From a virus (Duplodnaviria > Caudoviricetes): 64,000 bases of DNA. A program made the translations under genes and the position numbers. Position 1 is the first letter of the stretch, and each line of letters opens with the position of its first letter. The stretch covers positions 488 through 64,487 of the IMG/VR virus record IMGVR_UViG_3300017569_000129; one strand, 5' to 3'. Positions 8,614 to 18,602 of the stretch are shown here, piece after piece. The notes under the pieces were generated by a model that was not told the origin of the DNA, did not search any database, and saw only the letters and a list, made by a program, of their open reading frames with translations.

Positions 8614-11600
8614 ATGGCAAAGAAAAACAATATAGATACAAATATACCTTTAACTTATAGACAGTTACAAAAGGAAAATGCTGCTGCATATCAACAAGCA
8701 GTAGCAGAAAGTGCAGATTTAGCCCAAATAGAGCCTTTTAGAATAATACAACCACAAGAATTTATTTATGAAGGTCCTGAACACTCACCTTTACAACAGC
8801 AAGGCAATGGTGATTATTGGGGTAATAGCATGTGGGATAATCCAACAGCGACTCCTGAAGAATGGGACGCAGGAGAATTAAATGATCTAAGAGCTAAAAA
8901 TCAACCATTAATTGCCAAATTGGGAAGCGCTTTAGGTAATGCTGTCACTCTTGCAGGAACCACTTTTTTAGATGGTACGGTAGGGTTAGTATATGGTATT
9001 GGAACAGCTATTGCCGAAAACAGATGGTCTGGACTTTGGGATAATGAGTGGTCTAATGGTTTACAGGAAGTAAACAGAAAAGTGCAAAATGAAATTATGC
9101 CTTATTATAAAACCCGTGAATCTCAAGAAACGCCTTGGTATAAGCAATTAGGCTCCGTGGATTTTTGGGCTGATGGTTTTTTGAAAAATTTAGGCTTTAC
9201 TGTAGGAGCGCTTTACAGTGGCGGTGTTTTCACTAAAGTCTTAAAAGGATTAAAACTATTGTCTAACGCTTCTTCATTAGGAGCACAGCTTACAGGAGCA
9301 ACTTACAGTGCTATCAATGAGAGTAGGATAGAAGCAAACCAAAATGCTTATGACAGTGTTACAAATAAAAAAAGAATATTAGACCAAAGCAGAGCAGAAG
9401 CTATAAATAGAATCAATAATGACACTTCTCTTACAGAAACGGAACGATGGAATTTACTTGAGAAGGTTGACAAAAACTATGCTCAAAGTGTGACACAAGC
9501 ACAAGAAGAAGCGAGAAGGATTGGAAATTTGGATTTACTTTTGAATATTCCAATTCTTATGGTTGATAATTTTTATACATCTGGGAAATTTTACGCTAAA
9601 GGGTTTGACACTGCCGCTACTAATGTAGGAAGGCGAGCTGTAGATAAGGGAAATCTTTTTAAACAGGCTTATAGCAAAGTCAAAAATTGGAATCGGTCTG
9701 CTAACGATGCTATGGAAAGAGCTACCAATCCATTGGCAAGAAGAGTTAAGAAGAATGCTGACGGTACATACGACTGGGATAAAATTACTAAGAAAGCCGC
9801 TATAGGCAAAGGGCTCATGACTGGTCTTAGGGAAGGTAATGAGGAATTAGCGCAAGCTATGGCTGCAGAGTTCTCTTCAAACTTATACTCAGACACTCCA
9901 GACTCTTATTATAAAGCTATATCCGATCCTAATGCAGAAAAAGAGGCACTGACTACTTATGAAAGCCTCGCCAAGGCTTTTGCTAATACTTACGGAAATG
10001 CAGACAGGTATGAAGAATTTGCTATAGGAGCATTAACAGGATTACTGGGCGCTCCCGCATTTGGAAGAACTCAAAATGCAGATGCTAATACCTATTTAGG
10101 AAGAGGCAAGTTTGTTGGGTTATCAGGGGGTCTTTTTGGTGAGATTAACTCAGCTAATGAAATTAATAAAAGAGGTTCTGAACATACAGAATGGATGAAT
10201 AAGCTGCGGAACAAAGTACAAAATAATAAAGAAAATCTTATGATGAAAAAGATTTTCAATGACGCTATGGCAGGCTGGTCAGAAACAGACAATAAATTTG
10301 AATTTAAAAACCAAGAAGACAATGAAACATGGAGGAGCATAAATGCTTTCCTTTCTACTGGAAGACGAGATGATTTATTACAAATGGCTTCCTTTGATTT
10401 TGAGAATATGTCTCAAGAAGAACTTGAGAATATAGCTAAAATGACTTCTCCCGAAGATTACGGAGTTAATCCTGATACATTGAACAGAAAAAAGAACACA
10501 GCGGGATGGAAGGATGCTAATGGCAATTATCTAACAGATACAGAAGAGGGTTCTAATCAAATGAGAAAAGCCCTTATAAAAAAACGAGAAGATTTTAAAG
10601 CTGATATAGAAAGGTATGACAAGGCACTCAGCAAAGTAAGAAGCATATCCAATAACAATGTCAATCAAAATGAGAGTGAGGTAACTGAACTTGCATGGCT
10701 ATTATGGAAAAGCGATAAGTTTAAAGCAAGAGTGCAAGACTTAAAAAAAGAATTTGGCAACTATACAAAATTAGACCAGGCTCTTCAAAAATACCAAGAA
10801 GATCTGCAAGAAATTTTAGAACGCGCTTCTTCAGATTCCGAAGAGGTCTTTTCAGCATCATCCATTGGATCAGATATTTTAAAAGCCAGAGAAATAAACA
10901 ATAAAAAAACAGCCATAAATGATCTTGACTATATTACGAGATTGAGGGGGATTTTGCGAAGTATTAGCGAAGCTAATGAGGAAACAGTGCCTCAAGTTAA
11001 TTGGATACTAAGCAATAATGTGGACTTATTAGACCACGCCAATAAAAATGACACTTTGCGCAAGAATCTTTTAGGAAATATGCCTAAGGCAGATTACGAA
11101 AGCATGATAACCGCTCTTAGAGATACAGGCAGATTGGCCCAAGCATATAATAACTTTATGGATAAATTTAACGAATACTCAGAAGATCCGTTAAAACAAA
11201 AAAATAATAGAGCCACAATAGACGCTGCAAGACAAGTTGAATCAACTGCTTCAGAAAAAGCAAATAAAAGGGCTTCCATTCAAAATTTAACAAGAGAGCA
11301 GATACTTAACTTAACTCCCGAAGAGCGTGAAGAAGCGAAAAACTCTTTATACTCCGAAGGGGAGACTTCTGCTGTTGACAAGCAGTTAAAGGAAATGTTT
11401 GATGATGTGGAAGGATCGGAAAAAATAGTTAAGTCAGTGCAGAAAGAATTGCTTAAAAGGCAAAAAGACAATAACATTTCTCCAGAATTTTCAGATAAAA
11501 TAAGTGACATTGCAGAAAAAGCCTTACTTGAATATTCTCAGGAAGAACTAAAAAATGCAGACAGTTATTCTTTTATGGCTATATCCAAAAATATTCCGTT

Positions 11601-14600
11601 GAGTGAAGAAGAGGAGGCAACTCTTACTGATATAATAAATACTGTAACTAAAAACATGTCAGAAACTACAGGTATGGCCACACCAGACTCTGAAGCAGAA
11701 AAAGCAGCAGAAGAGTCCACAGGACATGACCCTGTCAGTAAAGCAGGAGAAAAAAAAGTAATAATAAAAAATTCTAAGAAAAAGAATAAGCCGACTACTT
11801 TGGCAGATAAAAGAGCCCAAAATAGACAAAGAACGAAAAAATCTGCTGTTGAAAAAGAAACAAAAACTACAGAGCAACAAAAAAAAGACATTAATGAAGA
11901 TATAAAGAAAAAAGCTTTTGCGATATTAATGGTAATAAATATGGAAATGGTTGGTGAAGTATCGCCAGCACAGCAGACATCTATAGAAAATGCCACAAGA
12001 GAAGTCATAACAGACATAATACACCATTATACAAAAGATAACCTTAAAAATCCTAAAGCTATTATTCAAGTATTAAAAGAGGATAATAGTTATAAAAAAT
12101 TGTCCACAGCGTTAGAACACACGCCCTTACTATATGCTACAGTACGACAAATAGGAAATCAATTATTCGGTACAGAAGCTATACAAGCAGCGGAGAATGC
12201 TCAGATTTTAGAGGACAAGGAAAATAGGGAAAAAGCAATAGAGTCGGAGCATATAGATAATGAAGAGGTGGGGGATAATGCCCCCGATGAAGAGAAAGGC
12301 GGTAATACTCAGGATCCTCCAGTAATAGCCCAAACAAGTGCTGTTGCAGGATCATGGAGAACTGATATGGATGAATACTACAACTATAGAAAAGATAGGA
12401 AACAACAAGTGCTGGACATGCCTTTTCACAAATCTGATGCAGCAAAAAGGGCTTATTCACAGAAGCAAAGAAAAGCAATGGAAACAGTTTATGATTATCT
12501 TAAAAATAATCATGCTTTCCAAAATGCTTCAAAAGTAAAAAAGGGAGATAAGGTTTATTTTGTATCAGACAAAAACCTTAATGACGAGTTACAAAAGAGT
12601 ACAAAGGATAGTAATGCCTCTATTATTCTTATGGCTGCAGATTCCGAAGGAAAAACAATAATAGGGAGTCTGCCTATTAACTTGCCATCAGACTCTTTTT
12701 ATTCTTTCTCAAAGTATGGTATTGCTGAACTTTATCACAGAAACTTGAAAGAATATAATGAATGGCTGAAAAGTAAAGAAGCAGGTGAAAATCTGTTTTT
12801 ATTTAAGGAGCAGACTACTGTAAACCAAACAATGCTTGGGCATTTAATGTTTAATGGTCAAAAAACAAAAAAAGAGGACAGAACCCTCAATGATTTATTT
12901 GAAGTACATAATGAAGAGGCAGAAGATAAATTTTTATTGGCTGTAACTGTTGGAGGTGTACTATCAACTGGAAACGCTACAATCTCAAACATGCTTAATC
13001 CTGTTAACAGTGTTTCAGGCACTCCATACGTACTTGTGCCTTCTGGAGAGGGAACAAGAAAATTAATGCCCGTTCATTTTCAAATGGACAGATATAATTC
13101 TGCTATACAAGAAACCCGATTGGGATTATTCATGAGAGACCAAATACTTCAGATAATGCAAGGTCAAGATGTTATGACTACTGAAGGTCAAATAGCGTTA
13201 AGAATCGCTTTAGAGACGGTATTTGGGCATAATTTTTTAGTAGGAATCAATGAAAAAAGTCAGCAACTTATAATTTCTAAAGTAACACAAACAGGAGAAA
13301 CACAACTATTTTATAGAGAGAGAATATTTAAAAATTCTACTGTAGATAGTATAGTAGATAGTGTTCTTAATACTATGGCAAAACAAAATTCTTTTGCAGT
13401 AAGGATAAATAAAAATTTGATTAATACAAAAATAAATTATAGGGGACAGAATATAAATTATAACGCTCTTATAGGTGAAGTGGCTCATACAGATTTAGTT
13501 TTTCCTCATACTGTAAACGACTGGTTTACCACTAATCCTTTAGATAGTTTTGGGAAAGAAGTAGCTACAGATACTACAAATTACTCGCAAAAAGAAACTA
13601 TATCAAATCCTGTTATATTATATAATGGTAAAAAGTACACTGTAGTAGGAACACTTATTCAGGATGATAAAAAAAATTTCGTAAATGATTTAAGCCAAGA
13701 AGAGAGGAATATTATATTAGCAAAAAATGAGGTAGCTGTAAATAATATGCTTTCACCTGTAAGCCCTAAAGCCCTTACATGGTACAGACTTAGTAACGGA
13801 GCGTTATTTAATAATTTGTCAGGACACGAAGAGTATATTACTGATGAAGAAGAAATACGGGAAAGGCTTGAAGAATTAAATACAAGTACAAATACTGCAA
13901 AAGTTACAAAAGATGAGGAAGAAGAGGCTACTACTTTATGGTCAACAGACTCCGCTTCCTCTGAAACAACAGAGGCTGATTTTGATGAGGTAGAACGTGA
14001 AGGCATAGCAGAAGTGTTAAACATAAGCAACGCTCCTACTGCTTATGGTATAACAGGTAATGCCGTCAAGAGGATTAGTGATGGAAGTGTTGAGTTCAGC
14101 AGAAAGGCTCTTGATACGGATACTGTGACGGTCAAACTTACAAAAGAAGAGGAAAAAGAAGCGATAAATGCTTTACAGAATCCAAATAAAAACGAGCAAA
14201 GAACTTTATTGAACGCTTTATTTGAGAAAGTAAGGTTACGTGCATTAGAAGAAACAACTAAGGGAGATTATAGCTCTATAGTAGATACAGGAGTACGCAG
14301 AGAAAGGAAGCGTCTTAAAATACACCACGCACAGACTCAGTCCAAACAAAACACTTCAAAAGTATTGGATGAGGGCAGTCAATCGCAAAATACCTCTGCT
14401 CTCCAGCAGCAAGTATTTGAGCAAACTAAGGAGCAATCAGAAAAAATAGGCATCCCCGTACACAATAAAGCGGAGATAGATGCGTTTCTTAAAGAGCACG
14501 GTATTGATGATGTACAGGCTTGGTTTGATAACTATTATATAGACATTGAAGACAAGGCAGAATGGTCTGTTGTGAACAGTAATTTGTTTGGCAGATTTGG

Positions 14601-17600
14601 AAATAAATCGTCATACGGAACTATTGCAAGAACAGCAAATTATTGGTATCTTTGTGATTACTTTGGAGAAGGCTCTTTTAAAGCAAGGGCCATTATGCAA
14701 ATAGATGGTAATGAAGATTTCTTAAATGATTTTGAAGAGTATGTTAGAAACAAAAAGCTCACTTTCAGAAGCGCAGAAGATTTTAGCCAGAGCATTAGGG
14801 AGTTTGCCTCTCGAAATGGACAACGCACTGATGGTGGGATTAATGTGCAAATCAGAAGAGCAGACAATGGCAATGCTGTATTGGATAGAGGAACATTGGA
14901 CAATGGAACACACTCCAACACAAGAAGAAATAATGGACGCAGCACAAGAAATACATCAGACATTACCATAACTGTAAAGACGAATTTTGAAGAAATAAAT
15001 GAGTATCAAAGAAATACTCCAAGAGAAAAACGTCTTACAAATTTTTATAATACTTATCTAAAATTACGTATTCGTCCCGCAGTAAGAGCAAAAAACAAAC
15101 AGGAGCAGTTATCCCATAAATCTCCTAAAAAATGGACAGGGAGAACAGAAAGGGATATTTTACATGAGATACTTCCTATAAATACTGATGGAATTGATAT
15201 AGATAATCTTTCAAAAGAAGAATTATTAAAGAGGTTACAAGACACTATAGACAACTGCAACCTTAGAAGTTATATTAGTCCCACAAATCTCAAACAAGCT
15301 CTATTGAGCATCGTTAAGGGATATAGACAATTATCAGAATGGAGCGCATCAGATCAGATGCTATTAAAGAAGTTTCTTCCAAAGCAGTTTAACAGCATAG
15401 ATGGAAGCCGATCAAAAACTGTAGCGCAAAGAAACGCTTATGAAAAACATAAGTGGTACAAAACAATAGATGCTCAAATAGCTGCCTACAAGAAATTTAT
15501 GTATGCAAATGCTGCTATAAAGTATAAAGCAGAAACAGCTAAAGACTTTATCTCTTCTTGGGAAGGCAGTGTAGAAGCTATCAAAGCTAAAGTAAAACAG
15601 GAAGTAGAATACAGAGAAACTTATAGTGTAGCAGATACAGAAGTTCTATTGTCAAAATTAAGGCATGAGGCATACCTTGATTTTAATAGACATCATGATA
15701 AGGATATTACCGAAATAACGAATATTCAAAATATAGGACAAGCATTAGATTACTTATGGAATCATTTTCCCCAATACAGAAAATTGGTGGATACATTGAA
15801 GAGCATACCATTTTACCAAAATCTTCCTATAAAAATAGGTGATTTGGAAAATGCAAAAGGGAATGTGCACTTTTCTATATTTGAAAAAGGGAAATATTAT
15901 ACTCCGACAGTGGTTTTAGATAAATCTTCTGCTGATGCCTATACTTTGCTGCATGAGATTATCCATGTATATACCAGCATTGGAATAGCGGGAGATAAAA
16001 AATTACAGAAAGACATTGAGGTAATCGCAAATGAAGTAAAAAAACAATTAACTTTTGGCCATTTCACTCCAGGCTCAATTCTTTTTGATGAAGATGTAGC
16101 GTTATTTGGAGAATCTTTAGATAAGCCATCAGAATTTCTTGCAGTGTTTTTCTCCAATCCCTATTTTCAAGAACTACTAAAACATCTTGAGCCGCTTACA
16201 AAAGAGACTATACAAAAGCATACCTTATTCTATGATGTATTGAATGCTGTAAAGGATTTCTTTAAACGCATATTCAATTTAAAGGCAGAAAGTACAAATC
16301 TTTTTGAACAAATAGAACCTTTAATGGAATCCGTTATAGATTTCCAAACTATGCTACATAGACAAGGTATTACTAACTTACAGGAACTTCGCACTGAAAT
16401 ACAAGAGTTAAGAATTTCAAGACCTCGGAAGTTTAATCAAAAAGGTACTGAATATCGAAGTTACACTATTGGGGGAACTACGATAACTCTTCCTGTAGAG
16501 TATGTTTCTTTTGATGAATTAAAAGTTGGAGATCAAATATGGCTTGATAGTGGTCCCGCAAGACTTGAGAGAAAAGTTGCAAAAGATGTTTGGATAGCGC
16601 GCTATGATAGTATAAATATAGTATTTGGTCCATCTACTGATTCTTGGAAGAACACTGTCAATGGGAAGGTAGTTAGAGTTATTCGTGATGCAGGACAAGA
16701 AGAACAAGGAGAACTTTATGGTTTCACGTATAACGGCGAGATATGGCTCGACGAGACAAAGATGTCTCCCAACGCCGTCATACACGAATACACGCACCTG
16801 TGGGACAATATGCTGATAAATGCAGCCCCCGACTCCAACTTAGGCAAGTTGTGGAAACGAGGCAAGGACTTGATGAGGAAGACAAGCCTTTGGAAACAGA
16901 TTGCTGAGGATGAAAACTATGGCAAGAAATGGCAGGCACAAGGAAAGACAGCACAGGAGATAGAAGACTTGATTGCTTCTGAAGTGCACTCAAGATTTGT
17001 TGGAGAGGGCGGAGAAGCCTTGCTTATGAAGCTGGCTCAAGAGAAAGGGGCTAATGGCATCATTGATAAGTTAAAGCAGTGGATATTAGATGTGTGGAAA
17101 GGCCTGGCTCAGACTTTTGGAGTATGGACGCAAGACGAGCTTGACAAACTGACTTTGAAAGACTTTAACCACATGGTTCTCAGGGACTTTGTTGAGGGAG
17201 TCAATCCTAATGCTGTTAGAAACACCCAACAAGAAACTGAGACAGAAAGAACGACAGAGCATTCTGAAAAAGAAGAAATTGCTCAAAGTCACTATCCCCA
17301 GTATATTGAAAATAACCAATTACAAAAAATTTGGGATATAATGACTTCCAAACAAAAACAAAGAGCAGAAAGCTTAATAAATAATGGCTATGAAAGAGTA
17401 TTTAAAGGTGCAATAGAAAGACTATTAATAGCAACAGACAATGATATTACATCTATTGAAGAGGAGGATATAGACGAAATATTAGAGTATTTTGAGCATC
17501 CTGCATTCAGGGTTCAAGATGGTACTCAATTTGAAAAAGTAAATATTAAAAAAGAAGTAAAATGGTTGTCAAAAGCATTGCCTCAATTATCTAATGACGA

Positions 17601-18534
17601 GCATTTAAGAATTGTAAATGGTCTAATTAGAATAAGGGAAAAAGAAAATGCTGATTATGCTTGGGGTATGTGTAATAAAGGTATAATGACTATATCTGAT
17701 AAGGCAGCAAGAGGCACTGTCTATCATGAGGCTTTTCATGCTGTAGTTGATTTGTTCCTTTCTAAGGATGAGGCTATGCAAATGTTTTCTGAAGGCGCCG
17801 AAAAATATGGTATTGAACTTGAAGACAAGAACGCATACCTTATTGTCGAAGAGAACTTAGCCGAAGATTTCAGAAGATATGTGCAAGATGAAGAGAAGCC
17901 TTTTACTGGATTTTTGACAAAGATTTTCAGAACATTAAAACATATTATACAAAATTGGATAGGCAATGAACCCTTTATTAATAATTTATACTATAGAATA
18001 ACCAGAGGTAAAATAACCAATACTATTAACGATGATGAGGAAAAAAGTGATATTATAGAGAACGCTTTACTGAATACAGAGGAAAATAGCATACAGTATA
18101 GGAGGCTTTCTGACATCCAAAAAGAAGTTACTCAGTATTATTTCGCTAATATACATAAAAAGAACTTAACTGATTACCAAATAGCACAAATTAATGATGA
18201 TTTGGAAGCGATGTCAGAAAAAGCAGGTGATTCTGTAGTATGGCATTTACAACCAACGAAATATGGAGGATGGTACATTGCAGGGTATAATAACAGGTCA
18301 GTAACATCTGAAGATTATTGGAGTCCAGGATTGCATAGGCAAGGGTATGTAAGATACAGACAGACTACCCCCATAAGTTTTGCAGACATTTATGATTACT
18401 ACAAGCAACGAATGGAATATGATAATCTTCCAAGCGCTCAGATACAAGCACTTGAGAATAGAAATATTAGTAAGAAAGATTATGACATGCTCACAGTAAG
18501 TGAGAGAGAAGGATTATTTATGTGCATGTTATAG
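8614..18534 (+). CDS. Giant polyvalent virion cargo protein (~3306 aa) with three zincin HExxH modules
   Basis: Long ORF; motifs HEIIH (~15950), HEYTH (~16785), HEAFH (~17725); likely start MAKK at 8614. Confidence 0.75.
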   Translation: MAKKNNIDTNIPLTYRQLQKENAAAYQQAVAESADLAQIEPFRIIQPQEFIYEGPEHSPLQQQGNGDYWGNSMWDNPTATPEEWDAGELNDLRAKNQPLIAKLGSALGNAVTLAGTTFLDGTVGLVYGIGTAIAENRWSGLWDNEWSNGLQEVNRKVQNEIMPYYKTRESQETPWYKQLGSVDFWADGFLKNLGFTVGALYSGGVFTKVLKGLKLLSNASSLGAQLTGATYSAINESRIEANQNAYDSVTNKKRILDQSRAEAINRINNDTSLTETERWNLLEKVDKNYAQSVTQAQEEARRIGNLDLLLNIPILMVDNFYTSGKFYAKGFDTAATNVGRRAVDKGNLFKQAYSKVKNWNRSANDAMERATNPLARRVKKNADGTYDWDKITKKAAIGKGLMTGLREGNEELAQAMAAEFSSNLYSDTPDSYYKAISDPNAEKEALTTYESLAKAFANTYGNADRYEEFAIGALTGLLGAPAFGRTQNADANTYLGRGKFVGLSGGLFGEINSANEINKRGSEHTEWMNKLRNKVQNNKENLMMKKIFNDAMAGWSETDNKFEFKNQEDNETWRSINAFLSTGRRDDLLQMASFDFENMSQEELENIAKMTSPEDYGVNPDTLNRKKNTAGWKDANGNYLTDTEEGSNQMRKALIKKREDFKADIERYDKALSKVRSISNNNVNQNESEVTELAWLLWKSDKFKARVQDLKKEFGNYTKLDQALQKYQEDLQEILERASSDSEEVFSASSIGSDILKAREINNKKTAINDLDYITRLRGILRSISEANEETVPQVNWILSNNVDLLDHANKNDTLRKNLLGNMPKADYESMITALRDTGRLAQAYNNFMDKFNEYSEDPLKQKNNRATIDAARQVESTASEKANKRASIQNLTREQILNLTPEEREEAKNSLYSEGETSAVDKQLKEMFDDVEGSEKIVKSVQKELLKRQKDNNISPEFSDKISDIAEKALLEYSQEELKNADSYSFMAISKNIPLSEEEEATLTDIINTVTKNMSETTGMATPDSEAEKAAEESTGHDPVSKAGEKKVIIKNSKKKNKPTTLADKRAQNRQRTKKSAVEKETKTTEQQKKDINEDIKKKAFAILMVINMEMVGEVSPAQQTSIENATREVITDIIHHYTKDNLKNPKAIIQVLKEDNSYKKLSTALEHTPLLYATVRQIGNQLFGTEAIQAAENAQILEDKENREKAIESEHIDNEEVGDNAPDEEKGGNTQDPPVIAQTSAVAGSWRTDMDEYYNYRKDRKQQVLDMPFHKSDAAKRAYSQKQRKAMETVYDYLKNNHAFQNASKVKKGDKVYFVSDKNLNDELQKSTKDSNASIILMAADSEGKTIIGSLPINLPSDSFYSFSKYGIAELYHRNLKEYNEWLKSKEAGENLFLFKEQTTVNQTMLGHLMFNGQKTKKEDRTLNDLFEVHNEEAEDKFLLAVTVGGVLSTGNATISNMLNPVNSVSGTPYVLVPSGEGTRKLMPVHFQMDRYNSAIQETRLGLFMRDQILQIMQGQDVMTTEGQIALRIALETVFGHNFLVGINEKSQQLIISKVTQTGETQLFYRERIFKNSTVDSIVDSVLNTMAKQNSFAVRINKNLINTKINYRGQNINYNALIGEVAHTDLVFPHTVNDWFTTNPLDSFGKEVATDTTNYSQKETISNPVILYNGKKYTVVGTLIQDDKKNFVNDLSQEERNIILAKNEVAVNNMLSPVSPKALTWYRLSNGALFNNLSGHEEYITDEEEIRERLEELNTSTNTAKVTKDEEEEATTLWSTDSASSETTEADFDEVEREGIAEVLNISNAPTAYGITGNAVKRISDGSVEFSRKALDTDTVTVKLTKEEEKEAINALQNPNKNEQRTLLNALFEKVRLRALEETTKGDYSSIVDTGVRRERKRLKIHHAQTQSKQNTSKVLDEGSQSQNTSALQQQVFEQTKEQSEKIGIPVHNKAEIDAFLKEHGIDDVQAWFDNYYIDIEDKAEWSVVNSNLFGRFGNKSSYGTIARTANYWYLCDYFGEGSFKARAIMQIDGNEDFLNDFEEYVRNKKLTFRSAEDFSQSIREFASRNGQRTDGGINVQIRRADNGNAVLDRGTLDNGTHSNTRRNNGRSTRNTSDITITVKTNFEEINEYQRNTPREKRLTNFYNTYLKLRIRPAVRAKNKQEQLSHKSPKKWTGRTERDILHEILPINTDGIDIDNLSKEELLKRLQDTIDNCNLRSYISPTNLKQALLSIVKGYRQLSEWSASDQMLLKKFLPKQFNSIDGSRSKTVAQRNAYEKHKWYKTIDAQIAAYKKFMYANAAIKYKAETAKDFISSWEGSVEAIKAKVKQEVEYRETYSVADTEVLLSKLRHEAYLDFNRHHDKDITEITNIQNIGQALDYLWNHFPQYRKLVDTLKSIPFYQNLPIKIGDLENAKGNVHFSIFEKGKYYTPTVVLDKSSADAYTLLHEIIHVYTSIGIAGDKKLQKDIEVIANEVKKQLTFGHFTPGSILFDEDVALFGESLDKPSEFLAVFFSNPYFQELLKHLEPLTKETIQKHTLFYDVLNAVKDFFKRIFNLKAESTNLFEQIEPLMESVIDFQTMLHRQGITNLQELRTEIQELRISRPRKFNQKGTEYRSYTIGGTTITLPVEYVSFDELKVGDQIWLDSGPARLERKVAKDVWIARYDSINIVFGPSTDSWKNTVNGKVVRVIRDAGQEEQGELYGFTYNGEIWLDETKMSPNAVIHEYTHLWDNMLINAAPDSNLGKLWKRGKDLMRKTSLWKQIAEDENYGKKWQAQGKTAQEIEDLIASEVHSRFVGEGGEALLMKLAQEKGANGIIDKLKQWILDVWKGLAQTFGVWTQDELDKLTLKDFNHMVLRDFVEGVNPNAVRNTQQETETERTTEHSEKEEIAQSHYPQYIENNQLQKIWDIMTSKQKQRAESLINNGYERVFKGAIERLLIATDNDITSIEEEDIDEILEYFEHPAFRVQDGTQFEKVNIKKEVKWLSKALPQLSNDEHLRIVNGLIRIREKENADYAWGMCNKGIMTISDKAARGTVYHEAFHAVVDLFLSKDEAMQMFSEGAEKYGIELEDKNAYLIVEENLAEDFRRYVQDEEKPFTGFLTKIFRTLKHIIQNWIGNEPFINNLYYRITRGKITNTINDDEEKSDIIENALLNTEENSIQYRRLSDIQKEVTQYYFANIHKKNLTDYQIAQINDDLEAMSEKAGDSVVWHLQPTKYGGWYIAGYNNRSVTSEDYWSPGLHRQGYVRYRQTTPISFADIYDYYKQRMEYDNLPSAQIQALENRNISKKDYDMLTVSEREGLFMCML

Positions 18535-18551
18535 ATAACGCAACATAAAAT

Positions 18552-18584
18552 ATAAGGGGATATGTCTTCTGCATATCCCCTTAT
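18552..18584. terminator. Bidirectional terminator between convergent giant genes
   Basis: Perfect 13-bp stem ATAAGGGGATATG/CATATCCCCTTAT with A/T-rich flanks. Confidence 0.85.
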
Positions 18585-18602
18585 TATTAACTGTAAATAT
18601 TT

